64,000 bases of DNA, from NCBI GenBank assembly GCA_965261965.1, contig OZ253489.1:3026281-3090280 (forward strand), in the 5' to 3' direction. Below the pieces are notes generated by a model. That model did no database searches, was not told where the DNA came from, and saw only the letters and a program-made list of their open reading frames with translations. Position 1 is the stretch's first letter, and each line of letters begins with the position of its first letter. The stretch is from Dehalococcoidia bacterium (lineage in GTDB: Bacteria; Chloroflexota; Dehalococcoidia; Lucifugimonadales; JAGWBF01). Of this stretch, positions 1 through 9,017 are shown one piece after another. A program made the translations under genes and the position numbers.

Positions 1-1537
1 GAACTATTACCAGGTCTTTGCTCCGCAACTCATCCAAGAGCTTTGGGGATAGGGGGTTCAGAAACATCGTGTAGTACCAAGCAAGCTTGTGCCCTTCGGA
101 CAGAAGGTTGGCGTATGCTTCCGAAGTGGGGCCTTTGGACCCGCCCCAGGTCATCACCGCGATCGATTCGGCGCCGTTCGTTTGCTCGTAGGGCTCATCT
201 TCCAGAAGCTTGAGCTTGCCGAATCGCCTTTCGGTCATCTGCACATGGCGCTCGGGCAGGTGAGTTGTATCACCCATCGCATCGTGCTCGCTGCCATTGG
301 CGACATAAGCTCCAGGACCGCCTGGGACCGGCATCGGAGATAGCTCCCGGCCATCATAACGAAGGTAGCCGTTGGTGCCGGTGTAAACCTTGCGGTTTTC
401 AGCCACCACCTGGCTAAGGTCGGGCTTGGGTATGTTCTGCGCCTTTTCAGCCAAGGACATCTCGCTTAGCAGGATCACGGGGCCTTGGTACCGTTCGCAC
501 CAGTTGAGGGCCATCACCCCGCCGTAGAAGCACTCTTCCACCGTCCCGGGGGCGATGATAGGTATGCTGACATCACCGTGGGCTGGATGGAGGGCTGTTT
601 GGAGGTCCGATTGTTCGGTTTTGGTGGGAAGTCCTGTGGCTGGGCCGCCTCGTTGAACATCTACCACCACGAGGGGGATCTCAGCAATCCAAGATAGTCC
701 GATTCCTTCGCTCATCAGAGACAACCCAGGACCTGAAGTTGCGGTCATAGCTTTTTTACCGGCAAACCCGGCGCCCAACAAACCGGCTATGGATTCGATC
801 TCGGAACTCACCTGGTAAGCGAACCTGTCGGGTCCTACAAGGTTCCGTTCCATGAACAGCAGGACTGGGGTGGCTGGGGAGATGGGGTAACCCACGTAAA
901 ATTCAAGACCCGCCGCAACCGCGCCCATGGATACTGCTTCGTTGCCCTTGATCAGAATCTGGTCTCCCTCGGGCTTGATGGGGGGTTCAAGCTGGCCGAT
1001 CTGCACCTCGCTATCGGAAGCATGTTCATATCCGAGCTTGAGGGCGCTGATGTTGGATTTGACGATTGCATCGCGGCCCGAAAACCGCTTCTGAACGAAC
1101 TCTTCAAAGAAGGTGAGAGGCATCGCTACCAGATGAGCTAGGGCGCCGATGATCACCATGTTGGCTGATCGGGCTTCTCCTGCTTTCTTGGCCAGTTCAT
1201 CAAAAGGAACCCCGATGGCTCGGTCGTCATCGGGGATATCAAAAGCTGAATCATGTAGGATTACACCCCCGCTTCGCACCTCACCGTTGTGACCTTCGTA
1301 AGCCTCCAGGTTCAAAGCAACCAGCACATCCAGATCATCGCCGGGGCTGAGGACCTTGGCGGTCGAAATCCTGGTTTGGGTCCAAGTGGGGCCTCCCATG
1401 ATCTGAGAAGGGAATGTGGCAAATGTCTGGACATGATATCCCACCGACGATGCTGCGCGGGCCAGCATCTCGGCAGCAGTCACCACCCCTTGGCCGCCTT
1501 CCCCCGCAAACCTCACCACAAAGTCTCGAGTCTGCAT
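1..1537 (-). CDS. 2-oxoacid:ferredoxin (acceptor) oxidoreductase alpha subunit, KorA/OorA-like; 3' end runs off the window
   Basis: Absent from the ORF track because no stop lies inside the window. Manual minus-strand translation from ATG at 1537 gives MQTRDFVVRFAGEGGQGVVTAAEMLARAASSVGYHVQTFATFPSQIMGGPTWTQ..., the typical N-terminus of 2-oxoacid:ferredoxin oxidoreductase alpha subunits. The frame stays open to base 1 (...WGGSKGPTSEAYANLLSEGHKLAWYYTMFLNP...). Confidence 0.75.
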   Translation of the reverse strand, partial: MQTRDFVVRFAGEGGQGVVTAAEMLARAASSVGYHVQTFATFPSQIMGGPTWTQTRISTAKVLSPGDDLDVLVALNLEAYEGHNGEVRSGGVILHDSAFDIPDDDRAIGVPFDELAKKAGEARSANMVIIGALAHLVAMPLTFFEEFVQKRFSGRDAIVKSNISALKLGYEHASDSEVQIGQLEPPIKPEGDQILIKGNEAVSMGAVAAGLEFYVGYPISPATPVLLFMERNLVGPDRFAYQVSSEIESIAGLLGAGFAGKKAMTATSGPGLSLMSEGIGLSWIAEIPLVVVDVQRGGPATGLPTKTEQSDLQTALHPAHGDVSIPIIAPGTVEECFYGGVMALNWCERYQGPVILLSEMSLAEKAQNIPKPDLSQVVAENRKVYTGTNGYLRYDGRELSPMPVPGGPGAYVANGSEHDAMGDTTHLPERHVQMTERRFGKLKLLEDEPYEQTNGAESIAVMTWGGSKGPTSEAYANLLSEGHKLAWYYTMFLNPLSPKLLDELRSKDLVIV

Positions 1538-1848
1538 CCACTGCCTCCCCGGGGTTATTACCCCCGACGCAACCCTACCGAAGTCGAATTTATCTGGTTA
1601 ATTTTGAGGAAGAGGGAGATCCGTGCCATGCCTGACCTTTTACTTGCTTGTAAGGGATGCTCCCTTCGTCTCCAGACCTTCTTTAGGGGCCTCTTGCTGC
1701 CGTTGGCGCCAAGCTGCGTAGGCCCTTAAGACGCTGTAAATATAGCATCAGCTAGATATCCTTGTCAACGGAATTGTGGTGCATGGTATGCATCCATTGA
1801 CACAAAAAACTTGTCATAACTGGCCGTTCAACCCATCGTGCCCTCAGG

Positions 1849-1877
1849 TTGACACCCTACCGGCCTGCAACTAGTAT
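1849..1877 (+). promoter_or_regulatory. Candidate sigma70-type promoter for the TPP-enzyme gene at 1963
   Basis: TTGACA (1849-1854), 17-nt spacer, TAGTAT (1872-1877), about 85 nt upstream of the ATG. Sequence match only. Confidence 0.4.
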
Positions 1878-1962
1878 GGGGTGATTCCAGCAGTTCACAT
1901 TTTGTATCCGAAACACTCCTTTTAGGTCTGTCTTCGGGACCGGGATTGGTGAAAGGGGAAAC

Positions 1963-3678
1963 ATGGCACGTGCTCATGAACACATCGTTCAAGCTCTACA
2001 AGAAGGTGGAATTGATCATGTCTTTGGCATCCCCGGAGGCGGTACCGGCCAGATTTATTCTTCCTTGTTCGGGCAGGAAGGCAGTATAAATACGGTATTG
2101 GCCCGCCATGAACAAGCGGCGGCCATTATGGCTGATGCGTATGGCCGGGCCACCGGCAAGCCGGCAGCCATCATGGGACAAGGACTGTTCATGGGGTCCA
2201 ACGCTGCTTTCGGCATCATGGAAGCATACCTGAGCAGTACTCCGATGGTGGTGCTGACCGACACCTCCGATGGTGGAGTCGCTCAACATCCGGCCAACCA
2301 GTCGGGAGCTGGCGAATATGGCAGCATTGATCTACTCAGCATATTCCGGTCGATGACCAAGTACACCACCTTGGCAACCACCCCCAAAGAAGCTGTTCTC
2401 GGAACTCAGCTTGCCATCAAGCATGCCAGCCAAGGACGCCCAGGGCCCACCTGCGTTCTGATGAGAAGCGCATCCATCGGCGGAGAGGTGGACTTGGAAT
2501 CGCCCCCATTCATCCATCATACAGCCGGCTATCTCAACACCACCGTCCCCCAATCATCAGACCAAGATATCCAACGAACGATTGACATAATTGCATCTTC
2601 AAAGCGTCCGGTGATGATGGCAGGCAACGGCGTCCACATGGCTCGCGCCCATGGGCTGTTGCGACAGCTCGCTGAGATGTGGGGGATGCCTGTAGCGACC
2701 AGCTATAAGGGCAAGAGCGCCATCAGCGAAACCCATCCCTTGGCGGTGGGTATGGCCGGCGTATACGGACAGCAGGCAGCCAATGCAGCCATTGGGGAAG
2801 CAGATACGGTATTGGTGGTTGGAGCCAAACTCACCCCTCAAGATACCGTCAGAGAGCGACCGAACGTCTTTGATCCACTGAAGCAGCGGATCATTCAGAT
2901 CGACATCGAAGCTGCCAACACCGGCTGGACCTTTCCTGTGGAGATAGGTCTGGTGGGCGATGCTAGGGCTATTCTGGGGCAGCTCGTGGAAGCATCCAAG
3001 TCCGCGATTCCAGGAAGGGAAGCTGAACACCGGCGACGAGCCCTTGATCTTCAGGGTCTCAAGCAAAGAAGGGGATATTATCAAGACCCGGACCTGATGA
3101 CGGATTCTTCTCCTGTCCTACCCCAGCGGGTGGTGAAGATTCTCCAAGACACCATGGACCCATCCACGCTGTACGCCTTGGATGCCGGGAATAATCGTAC
3201 TTGGATGTGTCACCTCTTCCAGTCCCAGCAGGAAGGAACCTTCTTTTGCCCCGGCGGCACCGCCGGCATGGGATGGAGCTTGCCCGCGGCAGTGGGACTC
3301 AAGCTGGCTCATCGGGACCGGCCCGTGGTATCGGTGACTGGCGACGGTGGGTTTATGATGTCCATCCATGGGATTTCTACGGCACTGCAATATGATTTGC
3401 CCATAGTGTGCATAGTGTTCAACGATTCCGCGCTGGGGATGGTCCGGCACCATCAAGGTGACCGTCTGATCGCATCGGAATTTATACAAGCCGACCACGG
3501 AGCTATTGCCCGCGGGTTCGGAGCTTTTGGAGTTCAGGTCAACGACTCCCGGGACCTGCCCGGCGCCCTCAAAGAAGCTCAAGCTTCGGGATTTCCAGCG
3601 GTCATAGATGTGATCATCGACCGGGGACCCACCCCGGATGGTTTCCGGGCTGACCTCCGGACAGCTGCCGAAACCTAA
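1963..3678 (+). CDS. Thiamine-diphosphate-dependent enzyme, acetolactate-synthase-like family (substrate unknown)
   Basis: 571 aa. N-terminus HIVQALQEGGIDHVFGIPGG is typical of the TPP pyrimidine-binding domain. C-terminal TPP motif VTGDGGFMMSIHGISTALQYDLPIVCIVFNDSALG (GDG...N). RBS-like GAAAGGGGA precedes the ATG. Confidence 0.85.
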   Translation: MARAHEHIVQALQEGGIDHVFGIPGGGTGQIYSSLFGQEGSINTVLARHEQAAAIMADAYGRATGKPAAIMGQGLFMGSNAAFGIMEAYLSSTPMVVLTDTSDGGVAQHPANQSGAGEYGSIDLLSIFRSMTKYTTLATTPKEAVLGTQLAIKHASQGRPGPTCVLMRSASIGGEVDLESPPFIHHTAGYLNTTVPQSSDQDIQRTIDIIASSKRPVMMAGNGVHMARAHGLLRQLAEMWGMPVATSYKGKSAISETHPLAVGMAGVYGQQAANAAIGEADTVLVVGAKLTPQDTVRERPNVFDPLKQRIIQIDIEAANTGWTFPVEIGLVGDARAILGQLVEASKSAIPGREAEHRRRALDLQGLKQRRGYYQDPDLMTDSSPVLPQRVVKILQDTMDPSTLYALDAGNNRTWMCHLFQSQQEGTFFCPGGTAGMGWSLPAAVGLKLAHRDRPVVSVTGDGGFMMSIHGISTALQYDLPIVCIVFNDSALGMVRHHQGDRLIASEFIQADHGAIARGFGAFGVQVNDSRDLPGALKEAQASGFPAVIDVIIDRGPTPDGFRADLRTAAET

Positions 3679-3752
3679 TCTGAAAATTCCGGCAGCTCTG
3701 CCGGGGGGTCTATCCTTGAGATTGTGTTGGACCGGAAGATGGCAGGGTCGGT

Positions 3753-4700
3753 TTGCTAGCACCTGATGATTTTCAGCTTGAAGATGTCGAAAGGGCAGCT
3801 GTAATACTTGCCAACGAAGCTGGCGCTCTGCTTCGAGACCGCTTCAGGAAAGCCCTGGATGTAGAGTACAAAGACAAAAAACAGGAAACGGACCCCGTCA
3901 CATCTGCGGACAAAGATAGTGAGCAGCTTCTCAGAGAAGGCATCAGTAAAGAATTCCCGGATCATGGAATCTTGGGTGAAGAAGGTTCGGAAGAAGGAGA
4001 CACCACCTCTCCCGATTACCTTTGGGTGCTTGACCCCCTGGATGGTACAACCAATTTCCTAAACGGATTGCCGATATATGCGGTGTCCATCGCTGTATTG
4101 CACAAAGGCGCCCCGGTGGTCGGAGTTGTGTTCGTTCCTTGGCCCAATGATAAGGGCGGACTGGTCCTCCATGCCCGAAGGGGCGGCGGCAGCAAACTGG
4201 ATGGAGAACCCCTGACAATAAATTCGCGAGAAGGCCCCAAAGCCAACCGGCTCAGCGGTCTTCCGGGATCTTTCCGGGAGAGCTTCCGGTTCAGCAAGGG
4301 AATGCATCGAAGCGTGGGAGAACCGCGGGTAACCGGCAGCATCGCATATGAACTGGCGATGGTCGCTATGGGGTCGGTACAATATGCCCTCTTTGGTGCG
4401 CCGAAGCTGTGGGATGTGGCAGCCGGAATCCTGATCGTTCCTGAAGCTGGCGGCAAGGTGATGGTCCGAGGCAGAAAGGGCCATTCATGGGAAGCACCGA
4501 CGATCTTGGGACCAAGCTGGGCGGGAAGCCCTCCCACCTTCAAGGACCTGCGAAGCTGGGCTGTTCCTGTGATCGCCGGAGATGCACTGGTTGTTCCGAC
4601 GGTGGCAGCCGGCCTCAGTAGGCGCCGACCTTCAGTTCGCCGGAGGCTGGCGAGATTGCTTAGAAGACTGAGGCGGACTAAAGGTTCCAAGAGTAGCTAG
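3753..4700 (+). CDS. Inositol monophosphatase family protein (SuhB/CysQ-like) with Arg-rich C-terminal tail
   Basis: Motifs GILGEEGS, WVLDPLDGTTNF and WDVAAG. TTG start at 3753 is the first start after the in-frame TGA at 3717. Tail is RRRPSVRRRLARLLRRLRRTKGSKSS. Confidence 0.8.
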   Translation: MLAPDDFQLEDVERAAVILANEAGALLRDRFRKALDVEYKDKKQETDPVTSADKDSEQLLREGISKEFPDHGILGEEGSEEGDTTSPDYLWVLDPLDGTTNFLNGLPIYAVSIAVLHKGAPVVGVVFVPWPNDKGGLVLHARRGGGSKLDGEPLTINSREGPKANRLSGLPGSFRESFRFSKGMHRSVGEPRVTGSIAYELAMVAMGSVQYALFGAPKLWDVAAGILIVPEAGGKVMVRGRKGHSWEAPTILGPSWAGSPPTFKDLRSWAVPVIAGDALVVPTVAAGLSRRRPSVRRRLARLLRRLRRTKGSKSS

Positions 4701-4729
4701 CTGCTTCACCTGAGGGCTTGTTCATCTGT

Positions 4730-5758
4730 CTAGCTGCGAAGCTGGGGGATCACCTTGCCAGCAAACAGCTTGAGGCTGTTGACGTTGGCATCCCACGGTA
4801 GGGGACCGAGACGGAAATGGATGATCACCCCGCCTGCGCCGGTGTTCCCGACCTTCGCCAGCTTCTCTGCCACCGTGTCGGGGGAACCGCATATAAGTCC
4901 CTGCTCCACCGAATCTCTGGCTGCGCCTGATGAAGGTGCACGTTCCGATGTCAGGTTGAATCTTTCCCGGGCTGCTGACAGATTGGTCCGCATCGTCAGG
5001 AAAGCAGGTATGCCTATCTCTTCAGCTTCAGCATCCGTATCAGCGACCACGACATTGCGCCACACCCAGCAATTGTCCACCGCGTCGGCGATGGCTCCTT
5101 CGTCGTAGCCCGCCTCTGCCATTCTGTCTTTGTAGGCTCCTATGCGTTGGGCTGTGGTTTCCACGCTTTGGACGTTCATCAGAAAAGGTCTGCCCCTTGC
5201 AGCCATCTCCAAGGTCGACTCCAAGGTTGAAGCGCCTCGGATAATGGTTGGGTACGGTTGCTGGACTGGCTTGGGTCTCAGCTCAGGCAGCTTGAACTGG
5301 TAGTATTTGCCATGATGCTCATAGTTGGTGGCGGTCCATATCTGGAAGAGAATTTCTTCTGCTTCGTCCAATCGCTCATAGGATTCTTCGGGGTCGATGC
5401 CATAACCCCGGTACTCATACCAGTTGAAAGCCGTACCGCTCCCTAGTCCAACGATCATGCGTCCTTGACTGAGAACATCCAGGAGAGCTACCTGTTCGGC
5501 CAGCCTTACAGGGTGGTGCAACGCCGTCTGAGCTACGGCAAAGCCTATCTTTATCTGCTGGGTACGCACAGCTATCGCAGAAGCAAAGGTGGTGGGGTCC
5601 ACATATGCGCAGCCGCCGTCGAAATGGTGTTCGGCCAACCAAACTGCATCCAGCCCCAATTCATCAGAAAGCTCAGCTTCCTTCAGGGCTTCGGCGATAA
5701 CCATATGGTCGGTGTCCTTGGTGGCGCTTTCGGGGAACAGAAAATTACCGAACTTCAC
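4730..5758 (-). CDS. LLM-class (luciferase-like) flavin-dependent oxidoreductase/monooxygenase
   Basis: 342 aa. MKFGNFLFPE...GLDAVWLAEHHF is the characteristic N-terminus of the luciferase-like monooxygenase family. The GTG start directly abuts the stop of the upstream gene. Confidence 0.85.
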   Translation of the reverse strand: MKFGNFLFPESATKDTDHMVIAEALKEAELSDELGLDAVWLAEHHFDGGCAYVDPTTFASAIAVRTQQIKIGFAVAQTALHHPVRLAEQVALLDVLSQGRMIVGLGSGTAFNWYEYRGYGIDPEESYERLDEAEEILFQIWTATNYEHHGKYYQFKLPELRPKPVQQPYPTIIRGASTLESTLEMAARGRPFLMNVQSVETTAQRIGAYKDRMAEAGYDEGAIADAVDNCWVWRNVVVADTDAEAEEIGIPAFLTMRTNLSAARERFNLTSERAPSSGAARDSVEQGLICGSPDTVAEKLAKVGNTGAGGVIIHFRLGPLPWDANVNSLKLFAGKVIPQLRS

Positions 5759-6961
5759 CTAGTCCTCCTTATGATGCTGTGCAGTATCGGGTTCCCACCC
5801 CCAGGGTCTGGGTCCCCAATCGGGTTCAAACATGTTGCCGCGCTTGAGCGTTAAAGATGGTATAACCGCTTTATCCACCTTGAGGCTGTCTCCGAGCACA
5901 TCATAAACCAGCCAGTCGCCGTCGATAATCTGCAGGACGGATATATCCGCTTGCCTTCCGACCTCCAAGGCGCCCAAGCGATGTTCTTCCCCGATGGCTT
6001 TCGCTGGGTTGGTGGTGCACATGGTTATTACCTGCTCCAAGGTGAACCCCAGCCCCAAGAACCGGGTCATCATCTCGGTCATACTGTGGACTGTTCCCAG
6101 TCTCCCTGGGATCGTTAGGTCGGTGCTTATACAATGGGGAAGCAGCCCTTGGTCCAAGCACCTGCGGCCCACATCGAAGCTGAAGTTCATCCTGCCGTGG
6201 GCTGTGTCCAGCCAAACGCCCCGGTCCACTGCATCCCGGGCTTCCGGCACCAGCTTTTTGTTAGCATCCAGCACCCCGCCGGGATTGGCGGTGAAATAGT
6301 GGGTAACTATATCGCCTTCTTCGAGAATGGGAAGCAGCTCCTTTATGACGCCGCCATCGAAGCGCTTTTCGGTATCTCCTATGTGGACCATCAGCTTTAT
6401 TCCGCTTTCTTTGGCAGCCCGCTTGGCCAGCTTGGGCATCTCCATGCCGAATATTTCCAGGGCGGGAGAAACCATGCGGGCTTTTATCCCCTTGATCAGC
6501 CCTTTGTGCTTGTCCACCACCCTCAGGGTGCCTTCATAATCGATACTGCCTTCGGTGATGATGTCGGGGGTGGTTGCCAGGCCGGTCTGAGCAATGTGCA
6601 AGAAAGGAATAATCTCGGTGTGAGAGTTGGGAATTATATGACGGGGAAATCCGCCGAATGTGGCGCTGCCTGAACTGCCGGCATCTACCAGCGTCGTGAC
6701 GCCGGACCGCACACCACCAAGATCAGGATTCACCCCGTTGCTGGCTATGCCATCGAAAACATGGGTATGAATATCAATGAGGCCGGGGCAAAGTATCTTG
6801 CCGGATATATCGACCACCTTGGTTGTATCTGTAGCAGGTATGCTGGGAGCGATGCAGGCGATGCAGCCGTCTTGGACAGCAACATCATAGTTGCTGTTGT
6901 TACCCAAAAAGCCTTGAAGCGGGTCCAGCGCTTTGCCGCCTTTAAGGATCAGATCGTACAT
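5759..6961 (-). CDS. Amidohydrolase-superfamily metallohydrolase (dihydroorotase/deacetylase-like)
   Basis: GLIDIHTHVFDG HxH metal motif and ~400 aa length. Start moved to ATG at 6961 (MYDLIL...), 8 nt after AGGAGG; the ORF-track GTG at 6970 overlaps that SD. Confidence 0.8.
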   Translation of the reverse strand: MYDLILKGGKALDPLQGFLGNNSNYDVAVQDGCIACIAPSIPATDTTKVVDISGKILCPGLIDIHTHVFDGIASNGVNPDLGGVRSGVTTLVDAGSSGSATFGGFPRHIIPNSHTEIIPFLHIAQTGLATTPDIITEGSIDYEGTLRVVDKHKGLIKGIKARMVSPALEIFGMEMPKLAKRAAKESGIKLMVHIGDTEKRFDGGVIKELLPILEEGDIVTHYFTANPGGVLDANKKLVPEARDAVDRGVWLDTAHGRMNFSFDVGRRCLDQGLLPHCISTDLTIPGRLGTVHSMTEMMTRFLGLGFTLEQVITMCTTNPAKAIGEEHRLGALEVGRQADISVLQIIDGDWLVYDVLGDSLKVDKAVIPSLTLKRGNMFEPDWGPRPWGWEPDTAQHHKED

Positions 6962-7004
6962 CCAAGCCACCTCCTGAGGGGGGACCTCTTCTTACCTGAG
7001 CATG

Positions 7005-7595
7005 TTAAAAAAGAGTGGGCTCTGCACGGACGTTGTTGATTAGTCCGCGGTCATCCACCACCAGTGTATTCATGATCTTATCATGAAGGGTCTGCCGGTC
7101 CTTATCCCAAAGCGTCCACGCCAAATCTAAAGGCCATGCAACAACCAAGAAAGAGGTTAGCACGCCGACGAGTAGCCATTTGATGAGAAATTCCCGGATG
7201 AAGGTCGACCCCCAGCCGGACGGGGTCCCGTCGGCCCGAATAACCCGGATGCCAAGCAGCTGTTTGCCGGGCGTTTGGCCGTTCCGAATGGTGAAAAGCC
7301 ACCAGATGGCATAGACGACAAACAAGCATATAAACAAAAGCACGACATCCAGGGCATAGGCCCCAAGACGACGTCCGTGGCCCGATATCTTAACCCCGTT
7401 GAGGGCGGCCAGCACCTGCTCACATGCATCACAGAACCTACGAGATAAATCCACCTCAGCATGGCAGCTGGGGCAGCCGCGTCCGGCGTAACTGGCAGGT
7501 CGTTGCGGGACATCGGCTTCAGCGCCGCAATTACCGCAGAAGGAACTGCTGGATTCCAGTGGATGGCCGCAGTTGGGACAGTAGTAGTTACTCAT
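7005..7595 (-). CDS. Double zinc-ribbon + RDD-family membrane protein
   Basis: N-terminus has CPNCG...CGNCG and CPSCH...CDAC Cys pairs. The C-terminal half is hydrophobic with RDD-like topology (GKQLLGIRVIRADG...). Confidence 0.65.
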   Translation of the reverse strand: MSNYYCPNCGHPLESSSSFCGNCGAEADVPQRPASYAGRGCPSCHAEVDLSRRFCDACEQVLAALNGVKISGHGRRLGAYALDVVLLFICLFVVYAIWWLFTIRNGQTPGKQLLGIRVIRADGTPSGWGSTFIREFLIKWLLVGVLTSFLVVAWPLDLAWTLWDKDRQTLHDKIMNTLVVDDRGLINNVRAEPTLF

Positions 7596-7662
7596 AATAC
7601 GGTCTAGCTAAACTCGTCGTAAGTCCCGTTAATCTTGGGTCGGAATTTTTCAGCGCCGTAAG

Positions 7663-8850
7663 CTAAGCTACGACCTTTTGGTCCCGGAGTTCTTTAATCT
7701 CATCTTCAGATAGGTTGAGTAGTCCAGATAGCAGCTCATCAGTCTGTTCGCCTGGCATCGGAGTAGCGGCCACAACCACGGGGGTCCTGCTGAAGTGCCA
7801 GAAATCCCCGGAAACATTGATCTTGCCGGCAATCGGATCATCCACCTCAACCAGCGCGCCGCGTTCCCAAGGGTGGGGGTCGGCAGCGGCTTGCGGGATA
7901 TCGTTCACCGGTGCGGCAGTAATATCATGCCTCGTAAAATGGTCGATTCCTTCGGTCATGGTCATCGGCGCCAAGAGTTCCTTAACAGCCGCATTGATAA
8001 CATCCGAATGTTTGGACCGGTTGTGCCTTTCGGTAAAACGCTCATCTTCTTCCCACTCAGGACGTCCCAATGAGCTGCATACCCGCGGCCACTGGTGTTG
8101 GTCTCCTGCTGCGATGAGGATCCAGCCGTCTTTGCAAGGATAGGCGCCGGTTGGAGCTGCACCCACGCTATCTCCTCGTTTTGGCAGCCCGCCGCCGCCG
8201 GTATAAGCGGTTATCGGAATCTCGGTATAGCTGTAGCCGGTGTCGGCCAAGCACAGGTCAAGAGATTGTCCTTCTCCTGAAAACTCCCGTTCTCGCAGTG
8301 CAGCCAAGGTGCCGATGGCGGCGTGCAGCGCGGTGGTGCGGTCGATGATGGGAACGCCGGCCCGCATGGGATCCATTCCATCTTCGCCCGTCACCATCAT
8401 GATCCCCGACATTGCCTGCCCGATGGGATCATAGCCGATCTTGTCCCGGTAGGGACCGAACTGTCCGTAAGCGGAAATGTTCACCATGATGATCTTGCGA
8501 TTAAGCTCACGAAGCGCATCATACCCGAAGCCCATTTTTTCGATGGTGCCGGGACGAAAATTCTGGATGAGCACATCGGAAATCTTGACAAGCTCCTTCA
8601 CGATATCCTTTGCTTTGTCCTTTCGCATATCCATGCACAAGCTCTTCTTGCCACTGTTATATTGAACGAAATAGGCGCTCTGACCATTGGACCAAGGGCC
8701 GTGGGTGCGGGTTTCTTCCCCTTCCAGCCGTTCGACCTTGATAACCTCCGCCCCCAATCTGGCCAACACTTGACCGCAACGGGGACCAGCCTGATGACGA
8801 CCTAGATCAAGGACCCGAATACCTTCTAGGGGCGAGCTTAGTGAAGTCAT
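7663..8850 (-). CDS. Family III CoA-transferase (CaiB/BaiF/Frc-like)
   Basis: LEGIRVLDLGRHQAGPRCGQVLARLGAEVIKVE is the canonical N-terminus of class III CoA-transferases. Start set at ATG 8850 (MTSLSS), 7 nt after GGAGG. Confidence 0.85.
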   Translation of the reverse strand: MTSLSSPLEGIRVLDLGRHQAGPRCGQVLARLGAEVIKVERLEGEETRTHGPWSNGQSAYFVQYNSGKKSLCMDMRKDKAKDIVKELVKISDVLIQNFRPGTIEKMGFGYDALRELNRKIIMVNISAYGQFGPYRDKIGYDPIGQAMSGIMMVTGEDGMDPMRAGVPIIDRTTALHAAIGTLAALREREFSGEGQSLDLCLADTGYSYTEIPITAYTGGGGLPKRGDSVGAAPTGAYPCKDGWILIAAGDQHQWPRVCSSLGRPEWEEDERFTERHNRSKHSDVINAAVKELLAPMTMTEGIDHFTRHDITAAPVNDIPQAAADPHPWERGALVEVDDPIAGKINVSGDFWHFSRTPVVVAATPMPGEQTDELLSGLLNLSEDEIKELRDQKVVA

Positions 8851-9017
8851 GAATTTACCTCCGGCGCTCATATCGTAGTGCTTGAGTTGGGGTTAATTCT
8901 ACCCGCAAGGTTGTTCTCAAGCAAGCTAACCTACCGCACACACCTACCAAGAATCCTCGGTGCACACCCCAGTTTCTTATGCTACACTACCTAATCAGCA
9001 GCATCAGGAGGTGCTCG

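Noticed and set aside
1289-1729. A 146-aa plus-strand ORF and neighbouring small ORFs at the window start.
   Set aside because: They are antisense to the KorA-like gene, whose minus-strand translation carries the family N-terminal signature.
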